The translations under genes were made by a program, and so were the position numbers. 64,000 nucleotides of DNA, from assembly GCA_900550445.1 (NCBI GenBank), contig URSF01000001.1, positions 65,720-129,719 of the forward strand, read 5' to 3'. Shown here one piece after another: positions 40,373 through 49,379 of the stretch (the first letter of the stretch is position 1; the number at the start of each line of letters is the position of its first letter). Below the pieces are notes generated by a model, which saw only the letters and a list, made by a program, of their open reading frames with translations, had not been told where the DNA came from and searched no databases. The stretch is from an uncultured Rhodospirillaceae bacterium (GTDB lineage Bacteria > Pseudomonadota > Alphaproteobacteria > CAAGCB01 > CAG-977).

Positions 40373-40987
40373 TTACCAGCCAAATCCGCTGCGTTTGGAA
40401 TATTTTGACGTTTTTGTGCGTACGCGGGCGACTTCTTCCCCGCTTTCGATTTCCGTAATACGCAGGTTGACGGTGTATTCCTTAATGGTCTTGCCGTTCA
40501 GAGTTTTCGGATTCATGCGGACGGCGCCGAAAATCAATACTTCTGCGCCCGTAGCCTTTCCGACCTTTTTAATGTCGGAAGCCTTTACCATGCCGTCACT
40601 TTGATATTGCAGTTCTTTTAAGATCTTATCACGCGCTGCCGCGTCGATTAAGACGTAATCTCCCGAAGCGGAAAATTCGTTTAACAGTTCGTCGTTTAAA
40701 TCGTCGATCGGGAAATAAGCTTCCGACGTTTCGTTTTGAACTTCGGCGATAAACAAACGCGGCCGATGCCCCAGCTGCGCCAGATAGCGTTGATAACCGC
40801 GGTGGCTGTCCAGCTGTTTGATGATGTCTTTAACGGCGATTTCCGTATCCGTCAGCAGCCATTCGTCAGTGATGCTCATTGCTTTTTCATCACCTTCCGC
40901 CGTTGACAGACGTTCGGCTTTAAAACTGGCGCAGCCCTGAATTAACAGGACTGATCCCAAAGCCAGTGCAAAAAAAGTTTTTTTCAT
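40373..40987 (-). CDS. Lipoprotein, LpoB/COG3417 (FlgO-like) fold
   Basis: Lipobox LIQGC. VGKATGAEVLIFGAV...LRITEIESGEEV matches LpoB pattern ARNVGAHYVLYSS...LVQTGEIIW. Confidence 0.5.
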   Translation of the reverse strand: MKKTFFALALGSVLLIQGCASFKAERLSTAEGDEKAMSITDEWLLTDTEIAVKDIIKQLDSHRGYQRYLAQLGHRPRLFIAEVQNETSEAYFPIDDLNDELLNEFSASGDYVLIDAAARDKILKELQYQSDGMVKASDIKKVGKATGAEVLIFGAVRMNPKTLNGKTIKEYTVNLRITEIESGEEVARVRTKTSKYSKRSGFGW

Positions 40988-41004
40988 GTCAGCATTCCTT
41001 GTTT

Positions 41005-41943
41005 TTAGAAATTCAGATTTAAAACATTTTCGTTCAGATAAGCTTTTAATGATTCCAAAGCGTTTGAAAACGCTTGTCTTTCATTTCGGCCTGTTTCCGT
41101 CAGCGTCGTTGCCAGAACGTCAATCGTTTTTCCTTTTTTATCCGGCGCTTTCATCGTGAAATGATAAGCGTATTTTACAAATCCGTCGATATTGGAATAT
41201 TGTTTTTCCGGCTGCAAAGAAATGATAACCCGGGGCGTTCGGCCGTCGGCTTCGTCGGCGAACGTATAACCGTTTTCCTTTAATACGCCGCGCACCGTCT
41301 GGTCAAAAGCTTTGTCCGGTTTTCCGGCGACGCTCAGAAAAATATGGCGTTTGCCGATCCGGGCTTTTTTGTTGCCGTATACCTGTTCATAGGTAACCTC
41401 TTCGATAACGGGAGAACCGGTTAAAACGATATGGCGTTGATTTAAACCGCGCCTTTGTTCGTACAGTTTTTCCAAACGAACGGCCGCTGCCGGAGAATCT
41501 TCCTGCAACAGCGCTTTCATTTTTTGATCCAAATCATCAATTTCTTCTTGAGTGATACGGGCGGCAGCAGGCTTGTTTAAAACGGCCAGAGCATAAACGT
41601 CCGTCGGCGTATCAAACGTTTCTTTGATTTCAACGGCGTTCAGCAGTACGTCCGAAGATTCGGAAACGTAATCCCTGATCTTGGAGGTCGTTTCATCATC
41701 GTTTTGATTCAATGTCGATTCAAATGATGATTTTATCCGGGCTTCAAAAACCTTTGCCAGTCCGCTCCGGGCGTCTGCTTTGGCGCTGTTCAATCCAGAA
41801 CCGACGCCGACGGCGCACAATTCTTCTTTGGCGCAGACGGCATAGGGATTGTTAATCCATTCGGGTTTTTCCTGTTTTGATTTGGCCTGCGCCTGCGCCG
41901 CCGTCATCAAAAACAGCACCGTCAGAAATATCCGTTTTATCAT
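41005..41943 (-). CDS. Secreted protein with N-terminal LPP20/FlgP-like domain
   Basis: Signal peptide AQAQA. KPEWINNPYAVCAKEELCAVGVGSG...AKADARSGLAKVFEARI resembles H. pylori Lpp20 ([27 protein letters not shown]...ATAKARANLAANL). Confidence 0.5.
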   Translation of the reverse strand: MIKRIFLTVLFLMTAAQAQAKSKQEKPEWINNPYAVCAKEELCAVGVGSGLNSAKADARSGLAKVFEARIKSSFESTLNQNDDETTSKIRDYVSESSDVLLNAVEIKETFDTPTDVYALAVLNKPAAARITQEEIDDLDQKMKALLQEDSPAAAVRLEKLYEQRRGLNQRHIVLTGSPVIEEVTYEQVYGNKKARIGKRHIFLSVAGKPDKAFDQTVRGVLKENGYTFADEADGRTPRVIISLQPEKQYSNIDGFVKYAYHFTMKAPDKKGKTIDVLATTLTETGRNERQAFSNALESLKAYLNENVLNLNF

Positions 41944-41963
41944 CAGCCTGTCCTTTCAAAAGG

Positions 41964-42566
41964 TTATTCCGCGGCGTTTAAATCCGCCATATAGGAATCG
42001 ACCGCTTCCGTCATGGCTTTTTTATCTTCGCCTTTCAAGTGTTTGACGGTTTTTTCCTTGTATGCGTTCAAAGCTTCCGCCAAAGCGGTTTTTTTGATTT
42101 TGACGACAACATCGCATTTATAGGACGTATAGTCTTTTTCAGCGCCTTTTTCTTTTTTGTAAGCACGTTTTTCCCAGTATTTGTCGGCGACGGCGACACC
42201 GTGCAGATTGACCTGAATATTTTGTTCCAGCGTTTCTTTCATTTTGCTGTTGGCCGTATCGTCCTGAGATTTGTTGATTTCTTCAAAACGGCTCATCAGT
42301 TCCTGCGCGATTTCAGAAGCGACTTTCTGCGTTGCGCGCGTTTCGGCTGATTTTAAGCATAAACGCTGGTTAACGTTCTGCGCGTCGCTGACGAAATAAC
42401 GGTTTTGCTTTGCTTCGGAAGACGAGTCGATTTTGTGCGCTTTGGACTGAAGAGTCCAGGACGGTTTGGAGGCTTCCGACGCGTCCGTAATATCGTAATC
42501 GGGGGTAAATCCGGCGCAGGCGGACAGCAGGCAAAGCGCGGAAACGGTGATTAAATATTTTTTCAT
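41964..42566 (-). CDS. Hypothetical lipoprotein
   Basis: Lipobox LSAC. 200 aa, K/E-rich. No recognisable domain. Confidence 0.45.
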   Translation of the reverse strand: MKKYLITVSALCLLSACAGFTPDYDITDASEASKPSWTLQSKAHKIDSSSEAKQNRYFVSDAQNVNQRLCLKSAETRATQKVASEIAQELMSRFEEINKSQDDTANSKMKETLEQNIQVNLHGVAVADKYWEKRAYKKEKGAEKDYTSYKCDVVVKIKKTALAEALNAYKEKTVKHLKGEDKKAMTEAVDSYMADLNAAE

Positions 42567-42602
42567 TACTTGTTTCTCCTTAATGCGAGGTGGTCAGTTA
42601 TT

Positions 42603-44042
42603 TTAACTGTTCGGTATGTTCAAGTCGATCAAGACCGGGCGAGATTCATCGACGGTAAAAGAAAAAGTTTTTAACTTTTGACCGTTTGATCGTATTTCGC
42701 CGTTATACGATCCTTTTTTTAAAAACAAAGATTGCTGGAATACGGCGTTTGGCAGCAGCCCCCAGTAACGGACGTCCGCATATTCGGACGCTTCGATCAA
42801 TTTTGCCGATGCTGCGAACGCCGCGTAAGCCGCCAGCCATTTAAACGCGTCGTTCGGGTCGTATACGGCACAAGCGGATACGGCGGCCGCAGCGTATTTT
42901 GCCGTCAGTCGCGCGCTTTTTTCGGCGATCAGAGCGCCGCGTTTGTTTTTATATTCGCGATAGGCCGTTTCGGAAACGGGCGCCGTTAAAACCATAGGCT
43001 TCGCAGCCGCTTTTTTCCCCTCCGGCGTTGTGACGACGACCTGATAATTTCCGGCCTTTTCAGGGGCGGATACCGCCGGTATTTCAAAGGAAATCCGCTG
43101 ACCGGGCAGAATATTGCTCAGACAGGAAACAAAGTTGTCTTTGCTGCCGGAAAATAAAAAAGCGCTCAACGGAATCCGGATATCGACCTTTTCGGGGATT
43201 TTCGGCGTAATCAGTCCGGTTTTTAAAATAATTTTGACGTTTTCTTTTTTATCCGGGCCGGCATACAGATCTTTTCCTTTGGCCGCGGCGTATTGTTTCA
43301 ACCGTTCGCCGTGCTTCGTCGTATAGGACGGATAATCCGCGTAAGCCGTATCCAGCAGCTTCCGCGCGTCTTTGTACAGCTGTCTGGCGATCTGTCTGTC
43401 GCCGGAAGAACCGTAAATGTCATGAATTTCCGCGCCCCATGTCTTGGCCAGCATATCCTGTTTAAAAGCGTCTTTGTTGCCGCTTTCGTTGGTAAATGTT
43501 GTCAGCAGACTGTTCCAGTCCAGAATGGATGCCCGCGCCGCGTTGAAATGCAGCCGTTTTTCGGATTCTGAAAGCTCTTTACGTTCAATTACGCGGGTTT
43601 CTCCGTCTTCCTGCGCCATATAAGATTCATAATACCCCTGTTCATACAGTTTATAATGAGTCAGGGACTGGTAAAAACGCAGCAGCGACAGTTCGTATTT
43701 TTCCCCCGTATACGGCGCCAGTCCGTCGCCGGCAATCTGCGCCGCGACGGATTTTGAAACGCTTTTCGTATACAGTTTTCGGGATAATTCATGCGCTTTG
43801 TCAAAATTCTGCAAAGCCTGATAATATTCGCCGTTTAAGTAATGCAAGGTGCCGATTTCAAAATAACGCGCCAGCAAAGACGGTTTGTCGGCGTAAAAAT
43901 CCTTTTTTCCGGCCAGCTGCTGCGCCGCCGTCAGATTCCCCTGTCTGACAAATTCGATAATCTGCGCATGTTCGCGTCCCGTATGACCGCAGGCTGTCAC
44001 GCAGAAAAGAATCAAGAAAACAGCCTTTTTGTACATCGACAA
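42603..44042 (-). CDS. TPR-repeat lipoprotein
   Basis: Lipobox VTACG. TPR-like repeats (GEYYQALQNFDKAHELS..., AIKYYQALQNFDKA-type). 479 aa. Confidence 0.5.
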   Translation of the reverse strand: MSMYKKAVFLILFCVTACGHTGREHAQIIEFVRQGNLTAAQQLAGKKDFYADKPSLLARYFEIGTLHYLNGEYYQALQNFDKAHELSRKLYTKSVSKSVAAQIAGDGLAPYTGEKYELSLLRFYQSLTHYKLYEQGYYESYMAQEDGETRVIERKELSESEKRLHFNAARASILDWNSLLTTFTNESGNKDAFKQDMLAKTWGAEIHDIYGSSGDRQIARQLYKDARKLLDTAYADYPSYTTKHGERLKQYAAAKGKDLYAGPDKKENVKIILKTGLITPKIPEKVDIRIPLSAFLFSGSKDNFVSCLSNILPGQRISFEIPAVSAPEKAGNYQVVVTTPEGKKAAAKPMVLTAPVSETAYREYKNKRGALIAEKSARLTAKYAAAAVSACAVYDPNDAFKWLAAYAAFAASAKLIEASEYADVRYWGLLPNAVFQQSLFLKKGSYNGEIRSNGQKLKTFSFTVDESRPVLIDLNIPNS

Positions 44043-44102
44043 GCCCTTTAATCAAATAACGACTATATTAAAAGATCTGTCCGTCAAAAACAAGAGCGGA
44101 GA

Positions 44103-44750
44103 TTAAAAATCTGTTAATGCCGTCAATTCCGCCCGCAGTTCATCAATGCCGTTTTTCGTCATGGAACTGGTCGGGAATAAATCCGGATAAGCGGCCGTAT
44201 GTTTGCCGAGCGCTTCTAATGTTTTTGTTTCAACGGCTTTCAGAGCGGCAGGCGAAATTTTATCCGTTTTTGTCAGGACAACCTGATATACGACGGCCGC
44301 TTTGTCCAGGACCGTCATAATTTCCTGATCTGCTTTTTTTATGCCGTGGCGGCTGTCGATCAATAAACATACGCGACGCAGATTGGGACGGCCTTTTAAA
44401 TAAAGGGTAACCAGTTCCTGCCATTCCCGGACGGTTTCAATCGGCGCTTTGGCAAAGCCGTATCCCGGCATATCGACCAGACGCAGATATCCGCCCAGAT
44501 CAAAAAAATTCAGCTGCTGCGTCCGTCCCGGCGTATTTGAGGTGCGAGCCAGCGTTTTGCGTCCCGTTAACGCGTTAATCAGGCTGGATTTGCCGACATT
44601 GGACGTGCCCGTAAAAGCGATTTCGGGTTCTTTGCCGCCCGGCAGCTGCGCCAGCGACGCAACGCTGAGCATAAAAGCACATTCTTTAGAAAACAGCAGA
44701 CGGCCTTTTTCGATCCGTTCCGCCCGCTGTTTTTCCGTCAGAGTTTCCAT
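44103..44750 (-). CDS. engB: Ribosome biogenesis GTP-binding protein YihA/EngB
   Basis: G1 GTSNVGKSSLINAL, G3 DMPGYG, G4 TKTDK. Start METLTEK at 44750 overlaps the yidC stop (ATGA). The ORF track's N-terminal extension is not credible. Confidence 0.85.
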   Translation of the reverse strand: METLTEKQRAERIEKGRLLFSKECAFMLSVASLAQLPGGKEPEIAFTGTSNVGKSSLINALTGRKTLARTSNTPGRTQQLNFFDLGGYLRLVDMPGYGFAKAPIETVREWQELVTLYLKGRPNLRRVCLLIDSRHGIKKADQEIMTVLDKAAVVYQVVLTKTDKISPAALKAVETKTLEALGKHTAAYPDLFPTSSMTKNGIDELRAELTALTDF

Positions 44751-46510
44751 CAGGATTTCCTTTTTTTGCCTTTGAATTTCAAAGCATACTGCTGCGCCAT
44801 TGACAGAATATTGCTCCATGTCCAGTAAATAACCAGACCGGAAGCCAAATGTCCCAGCAAGAACGTCATCATCAAAGGCATCATGGTCAGAATCATATTC
44901 TGCGTTTTGTCGGCCGCTTTGGGATTCATCTGTTGCTGCAGCCACATTGTCAACCCCATTAAAACAGGCCATACGCCAATGTTTAACGCGTTCGGAATCG
45001 GCCAGTTCAACAATCCGAACAGGGTAAAGACTGAACTGGGATCCGGTGCCGACAAATCATGAATCCAGCCGTAAAACGGAGCTTGACGCAGTTCCAGAGA
45101 AATATACAGCACTTTATACAGCGAGAAAAATACCGGAATTTGAATCAACATCGGCAGGCACCCCGCCGCGGGATTGATGTTATTTGTACGATACAGTTCC
45201 ATCATTTCCTGATTGAAACGAAGCTTGTCATCTCCGCATCGTTCGCGCAGTTTTTCCAACTTAGGCTGTAAATCTTTCATCTTTGCCATGTTTTCAAACG
45301 ATTTGTTGGCAATCGGGAACATCGCCAGCCGCAGTAGGAAAGCGAAAAACAAAATCGCCAGCCCCATGTTGCCGAACAAAGAATAAAACCAACTGAGGAT
45401 AAAGAAGAAGGGTTTTGTCAGAAAATAATACCACCCGAAATCAACCGTCAAATCAAAACGTTTGATTCCCAGGTCCTTTTCATAAGCGTCAATCAGTTTT
45501 AATTCCTTTGCCCCGGCGAAAATACGTCCGGTTGTCTGAACGGCGTCCCCCGGTTCGATTACCGTCGGCGGCATCAGATAATCGACCTGATAGTGTTTGC
45601 CGGCCATTGTGTCCTGTTCGCTGAATTTTACGGTTACGTTCGCAATATTCTGGTCAAAAGCCAGCACGGCCATCCAGTATTTATCCGTAATGCCGGCCCA
45701 ACCGCCCGTTGTTTTAAACGAAGCCTGCTGTTCTTTGTCCATTTTTGCATAAGCAAATTCTTTTAACGAACCGTCCAGATAACCGACCAGTCCTTCCAGA
45801 ACGGCGCCGCGCTGCGACGCCGGCACGTTTGTCCGGCCGACCAGACCATAGTTGAACAGGGTCACGATTTTTGAACCGTAGTTTTCGATCCTGTCCGAAA
45901 CGGTAAACATGTAATTGTCGTCAACAGAGATCTGACGGATAAATTTCAATCCGTTTTTGTTATCCCAAGTCAACGTCAGCGGCTTTTCGGGGGTTAATTC
46001 CGTGTTGTTTGTCTGCCACGGCGTTTCGGCATTCGGCAGCGCCAGACCGTCGGTAGACACCCAGCCGAATTCGGCAAAGAACGGATAAGCCGTCCCGACG
46101 GGAGATAACAATGAAATATACGGGCTGTTCGCCGCCAGTGTTTCGCGGTATCTGGTTAATAACAGGTTGTCCAGTCGGGCTCCTTTTAAACGCAGGGAAC
46201 CGCTTAAAGACGGGGTTTTAATCGCAATATGACGGTATTCGTTGACCGCCTGTTCACGCGTCGCTGCGACAGGCGCCGCGTTTTTCTGTCCGCTGACGGC
46301 ATTCGGCGCCGGCGCGAAAGACTGTTCCGCGTTTGGCACCGGGGCTGCGGCCGGCGTCTGCGGCGCTGCGGGCGGAACGGACGGCTGAGGCCGCGTTGCT
46401 GAAACCGGCGGCTGCGCCGGAGGAAAAAGAGCATCGATTATAAACAGAAAAACAGCCGAGAAAATAACGGCCAGAATTAAATTGCGCTTTTCTAAATTAT
46501 TTTTTTCCAT
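44750..46510 (-). CDS. yidC: Membrane protein insertase YidC
   Basis: Large periplasmic domain plus conserved C-terminal TM core (FGWYYF..., GCLPMLIQIPVFFSLY). Likely start MEKNNLEK (46510). Confidence 0.9.
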   Translation of the reverse strand: MEKNNLEKRNLILAVIFSAVFLFIIDALFPPAQPPVSATRPQPSVPPAAPQTPAAAPVPNAEQSFAPAPNAVSGQKNAAPVAATREQAVNEYRHIAIKTPSLSGSLRLKGARLDNLLLTRYRETLAANSPYISLLSPVGTAYPFFAEFGWVSTDGLALPNAETPWQTNNTELTPEKPLTLTWDNKNGLKFIRQISVDDNYMFTVSDRIENYGSKIVTLFNYGLVGRTNVPASQRGAVLEGLVGYLDGSLKEFAYAKMDKEQQASFKTTGGWAGITDKYWMAVLAFDQNIANVTVKFSEQDTMAGKHYQVDYLMPPTVIEPGDAVQTTGRIFAGAKELKLIDAYEKDLGIKRFDLTVDFGWYYFLTKPFFFILSWFYSLFGNMGLAILFFAFLLRLAMFPIANKSFENMAKMKDLQPKLEKLRERCGDDKLRFNQEMMELYRTNNINPAAGCLPMLIQIPVFFSLYKVLYISLELRQAPFYGWIHDLSAPDPSSVFTLFGLLNWPIPNALNIGVWPVLMGLTMWLQQQMNPKAADKTQNMILTMMPLMMTFLLGHLASGLVIYWTWSNILSMAQQYALKFKGKKRKS

Positions 46511-46524
46511 CAGTTCACCTGTGT

Positions 46525-47178
46525 TTACGGTTTTTCGGGTTCGGGCACGGGGTCGTTTCCCTGTCCGCCCCAGGGATTGCAGCGCAGAATGCGTTTTATC
46601 GTCAGCCACGATCCTTTAAAGGCGCCGAAACGTTCCAAAGCCTGAATGCCATAGGCGGAACATGACGGCGTAAAACGGCATCTGCCGGGCAGAAAGTGCG
46701 ATATTTTATCCTGATACAAACGGATAAGCCAGATTAAAAAACGGGTCGGCGTGTTAATTTTTTTTTGCATCTGCTGCTGTGTCGGCGCCGCCGCTTGCAT
46801 TTCCGGAACAGCCGGCATGTTTTCAATTTTCTGCGTCTGGTCTGCCGGAACGGCCGGACCCGGACTGTCATGGCATGTATTGAATATGCCAAAGAAAAGA
46901 ACGGCCGCGAACAACGCAAACGACACGGCGTACAGCGTTCGTCTGCGTTTGAACGGCAGTTTTGTTTTTTCGGTTTTCGGGGGCACGGGGTCGTATCCCG
47001 ATCCGCCGAACGGCTGGCAGCGCAGAATTCGTTTTATCGTCAGCCACGATCCTTTGACGGCGCCGTGAACGCGCAGAGCTTCCAGCGCATAGGCGGAACA
47101 TGTCGGTGTAAAACGGCAGCAGCCCGGCTTCAGCGGAGAAAGGAATTTTCTGTAAAACAAGACAACCCCGGTCAGCAT
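46525..47178 (-). CDS. yidD: Tandemly duplicated, in-frame fused YidD (membrane protein insertion efficiency factor) x2
   Basis: Two YidD domains: [60 protein letters not shown] and [62 protein letters not shown], separated by a TM/linker. DNA cores ~38 nt near-identical. ORF 46525..47244. Confidence 0.7.
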   Translation of the reverse strand: MLTGVVLFYRKFLSPLKPGCCRFTPTCSAYALEALRVHGAVKGSWLTIKRILRCQPFGGSGYDPVPPKTEKTKLPFKRRRTLYAVSFALFAAVLFFGIFNTCHDSPGPAVPADQTQKIENMPAVPEMQAAAPTQQQMQKKINTPTRFLIWLIRLYQDKISHFLPGRCRFTPSCSAYGIQALERFGAFKGSWLTIKRILRCNPWGGQGNDPVPEPEKP

Positions 47179-47206
47179 TCTGGCCGCCAAAGACGGGCGG
47201 TCTGAA

Positions 47207-47596
47207 TTATTCTGCCGGTTTTCCGGTGTTTGTCGGGGTGTCATTGATTTCCTGTTTTATTTCTCTTAAGGCGTACTTCAGCTCTTTGTATAGCTTTTTA
47301 TACGCCATGTCTATAGTCGTATAGCGCGCGATAATGACATAATCATAACCCGCAACCGCTTCAAGAGGCAGCAAGGCGGCGCACAAAGCTCTTAACCGGC
47401 GTTTGGCCCTGTTTCGGCAGACGGCGTTTCCGATTTTTTTTGACGCCGTATAACCGATTCGGAAAACGGGCGGATTAAAAAAACGTCGTGTTTTAGCCGC
47501 CTGTAAAACAAGACCGGACCTCACTGCCTTATACCCGTTACGGGTAACGTGAAGAAAATCCGGTCTTTTTTTTATCAGTATCAACTTGTCTGACAT
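47207..47596 (-). CDS. rnpA: Ribonuclease P protein component
   Basis: 129 aa, basic. Motif [22 protein letters not shown]. rpmH-rnpA-yidD-yidC order. Confidence 0.85.
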   Translation of the reverse strand: MSDKLILIKKRPDFLHVTRNGYKAVRSGLVLQAAKTRRFFNPPVFRIGYTASKKIGNAVCRNRAKRRLRALCAALLPLEAVAGYDYVIIARYTTIDMAYKKLYKELKYALREIKQEINDTPTNTGKPAE

Positions 47597-47620
47597 ACCC
47601 GCATAGTCCCGCGGGAAAAA

Positions 47621-47755
47621 TTACACGGCCAAACGCTTACGGCCTTTGCGGCGGCGATTGTTTAAAACCTTGCGTCCGCCGACCGTTGCCATGCGGGTAC
47701 GAAACCCATGACGGCGAGTCCGGACTATTTTGCTGGGTTGATATGTACGTTTCAT
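47621..47755 (-). CDS. rpmH: 50S ribosomal protein L34 (missed by ORF track, <60 aa)
   Basis: Reverse-complement translation [44 protein letters not shown]. 44 aa, canonical L34. Confidence 0.85.
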   Translation of the reverse strand: MKRTYQPSKIVRTRRHGFRTRMATVGGRKVLNNRRRKGRKRLAV

Positions 47756-47790
47756 GGACAACTCCGTTCTTAATCAAATTCGAGTACCCT

Positions 47791-47818
47791 CATATACCCT
47801 TTCCATTTATAAGAGTCA
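47791..47818 (-). promoter_or_regulatory. Candidate sigma70 promoter for rpmH-rnpA operon (TTGACT-17-TATATG on minus strand)
   Basis: Minus strand reads cTTGACTcttataaatggaaagggTATATGagg about 40 nt upstream of the rpmH ATG. Confidence 0.4.
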
Positions 47819-47846
47819 AGAAGGGTTTGCTTTTTTTGTAAAATTT

Positions 47847-48605
47847 TTAACAATGTTCCCGGATAAAACGGCAGACGTCGCCGCAGACTTTGTGTTCCAG
47901 GCCGAAATGGGCGCTGTCCGCTTCGGTTAAAACGACAGGCATGCGCAATTCTTGCAAAAGGCTGCGGGAAAAATAATCGACCGTTTTCGGGAAAATTTCG
48001 TCATGTCTGCCGCGCGCCAGCAAAACGGGAACCGGCGGCAAAGACAATTCCCGCAGTCTGTCGGCGCCGATAATGCCGGAACCGATGGAAATCAGCCCGC
48101 CTAAAAAATCATTGCCGCCGCCGTGCAGTTCGCTGCGAAATAACGTCATTTCAAAAGCGGTTATACCTCCCTGCGAAATTCCCGCCAAAAAGCAATCGGA
48201 CAAATTCAGGCCGTATTCGGTCAGGCGGTTTAAGATAAAATGATTCAATAAAGCGGCCGTTTTTTGTATTTCCCCGACGGTTTTCTTTATCAGTCTTTGT
48301 TTGTCCGCCGGTGCGTAATACGGCATAAAGGAGCACAGGCGTCCGTCAAATTCGGATTCCGACAAAGCCCACCACTGCCGGTGATGCGGATCGTCGCCGG
48401 GCGGGACAGGAGCCGTGCCGTCCGGGACAAATACGACGGCCTGTGGGCAGGCGTCTGCCAGTTTCAGGGCAAATTCCATGTTGGATTCGGCGTCGCCCCG
48501 ATACCCGTGCAGCAGGACGATCATTTTGCGGACAGGGACTTTTGCCGGTTTGATTTCCAGTCCCGTCAATGTGTCTTTAGTCCAGGAAAAAATTTGTTTT
48601 TCCAT
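47847..48605 (-). CDS. Alpha/beta hydrolase (phospholipase/carboxylesterase family)
   Basis: LLHGYRGD and nucleophile elbow GISQGG. ~250 aa. Confidence 0.65.
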   Translation of the reverse strand: MEKQIFSWTKDTLTGLEIKPAKVPVRKMIVLLHGYRGDAESNMEFALKLADACPQAVVFVPDGTAPVPPGDDPHHRQWWALSESEFDGRLCSFMPYYAPADKQRLIKKTVGEIQKTAALLNHFILNRLTEYGLNLSDCFLAGISQGGITAFEMTLFRSELHGGGNDFLGGLISIGSGIIGADRLRELSLPPVPVLLARGRHDEIFPKTVDYFSRSLLQELRMPVVLTEADSAHFGLEHKVCGDVCRFIREHC

Positions 48606-48711
48606 TTTCGGTTATTCCCGTTTGTTGTCGTTTTTCAGAATATGCCGGCGGATTTCTTGACTTTTAAAATGCGTTTTGAGTATGCTTGAACAGCAAAAAA
48701 AGGAAAAAATC

Positions 48712-49371
48712 ATGACGGCAGTCACTTCGCGGCTGGAAGATTACCTGGAGGCTTTGTTCCATCTGGAAACCACCGGCAGCAAACAAACAGTAACAGCTTT
48801 GGCCGAAAATTTAAAGCTGACAAAAGGCACCATTGCGACCGTTATTAAAAAAATGGCGGAACAGGAACTGGTTTGGCATGAATCTTACGGTGCGATCCGC
48901 CTGACGCCGAAAGGCCGCCGGATCGGCTGGCAGGTTTATATGAAGCATGAACGGCTGACGTCTTTTTTTCACGATTTTCTGGGGCAGGACGCCGCGCGTT
49001 CCGAAGAAATCGCCTGTCTGATCGAACATCATCTGGACGGGGCGGCGGCAAACAGGTTCTTTAACCTGATTGATTTTCTGCAAGCGGCGCAGGCCGATCA
49101 AAAAGAATGGACACGGGAACTGTTTTTATCTTTGAATCACGCGGGACGGTTGCCGGCGCCGTTGACTTTGGAAACTGTCGGGCGGGGACGGGTCTGCCGT
49201 TTGTCCGGCAGCGCGGAAACCAATCAAAGACTGGCCGCGAAGGGAATTGTTTCCGGCTGCCGCCTGAATGTTGCTGCGTTTGATGAACAGAACGGCCGGT
49301 ATACCGTTGAAATAAACGGGCAAAAGGTCATTTTGGATTCTGCCGACGCCGCTACCGTCTGGATTGTTTGA
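48712..49371 (+). CDS. DtxR/MntR-family metal-dependent transcriptional regulator with C-terminal FeoA/SH3-like domain
   Basis: LEDYLEALFHLE...LTKGTIATVIKKM...IRLTPKGRRIG...FLGQDAARSEEIACLIEHHL DtxR motifs. C-terminal FeoA-like. ORF track starts at 48676. Confidence 0.8.
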   Translation: MTAVTSRLEDYLEALFHLETTGSKQTVTALAENLKLTKGTIATVIKKMAEQELVWHESYGAIRLTPKGRRIGWQVYMKHERLTSFFHDFLGQDAARSEEIACLIEHHLDGAAANRFFNLIDFLQAAQADQKEWTRELFLSLNHAGRLPAPLTLETVGRGRVCRLSGSAETNQRLAAKGIVSGCRLNVAAFDEQNGRYTVEINGQKVILDSADAATVWIV

Positions 49372-49379
49372 CGTATCGG

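Noticed and set aside
44751-44972. N-terminal 74-aa extension of the engB ORF (MACFNGVDNV…)
   Set aside because: Overlaps the conserved yidC C-terminus in another frame. The engB start METLTEK at 44750 forms an ATGA junction with the yidC stop.
46734-47205. ORFs 46734..46919 (-), 46751..47068 (+), 46765..47205 (+), 46868..47101 (-)
   Set aside because: Alternative-frame or antisense ORFs within the duplicated yidD gene. Arg-rich junk translations.
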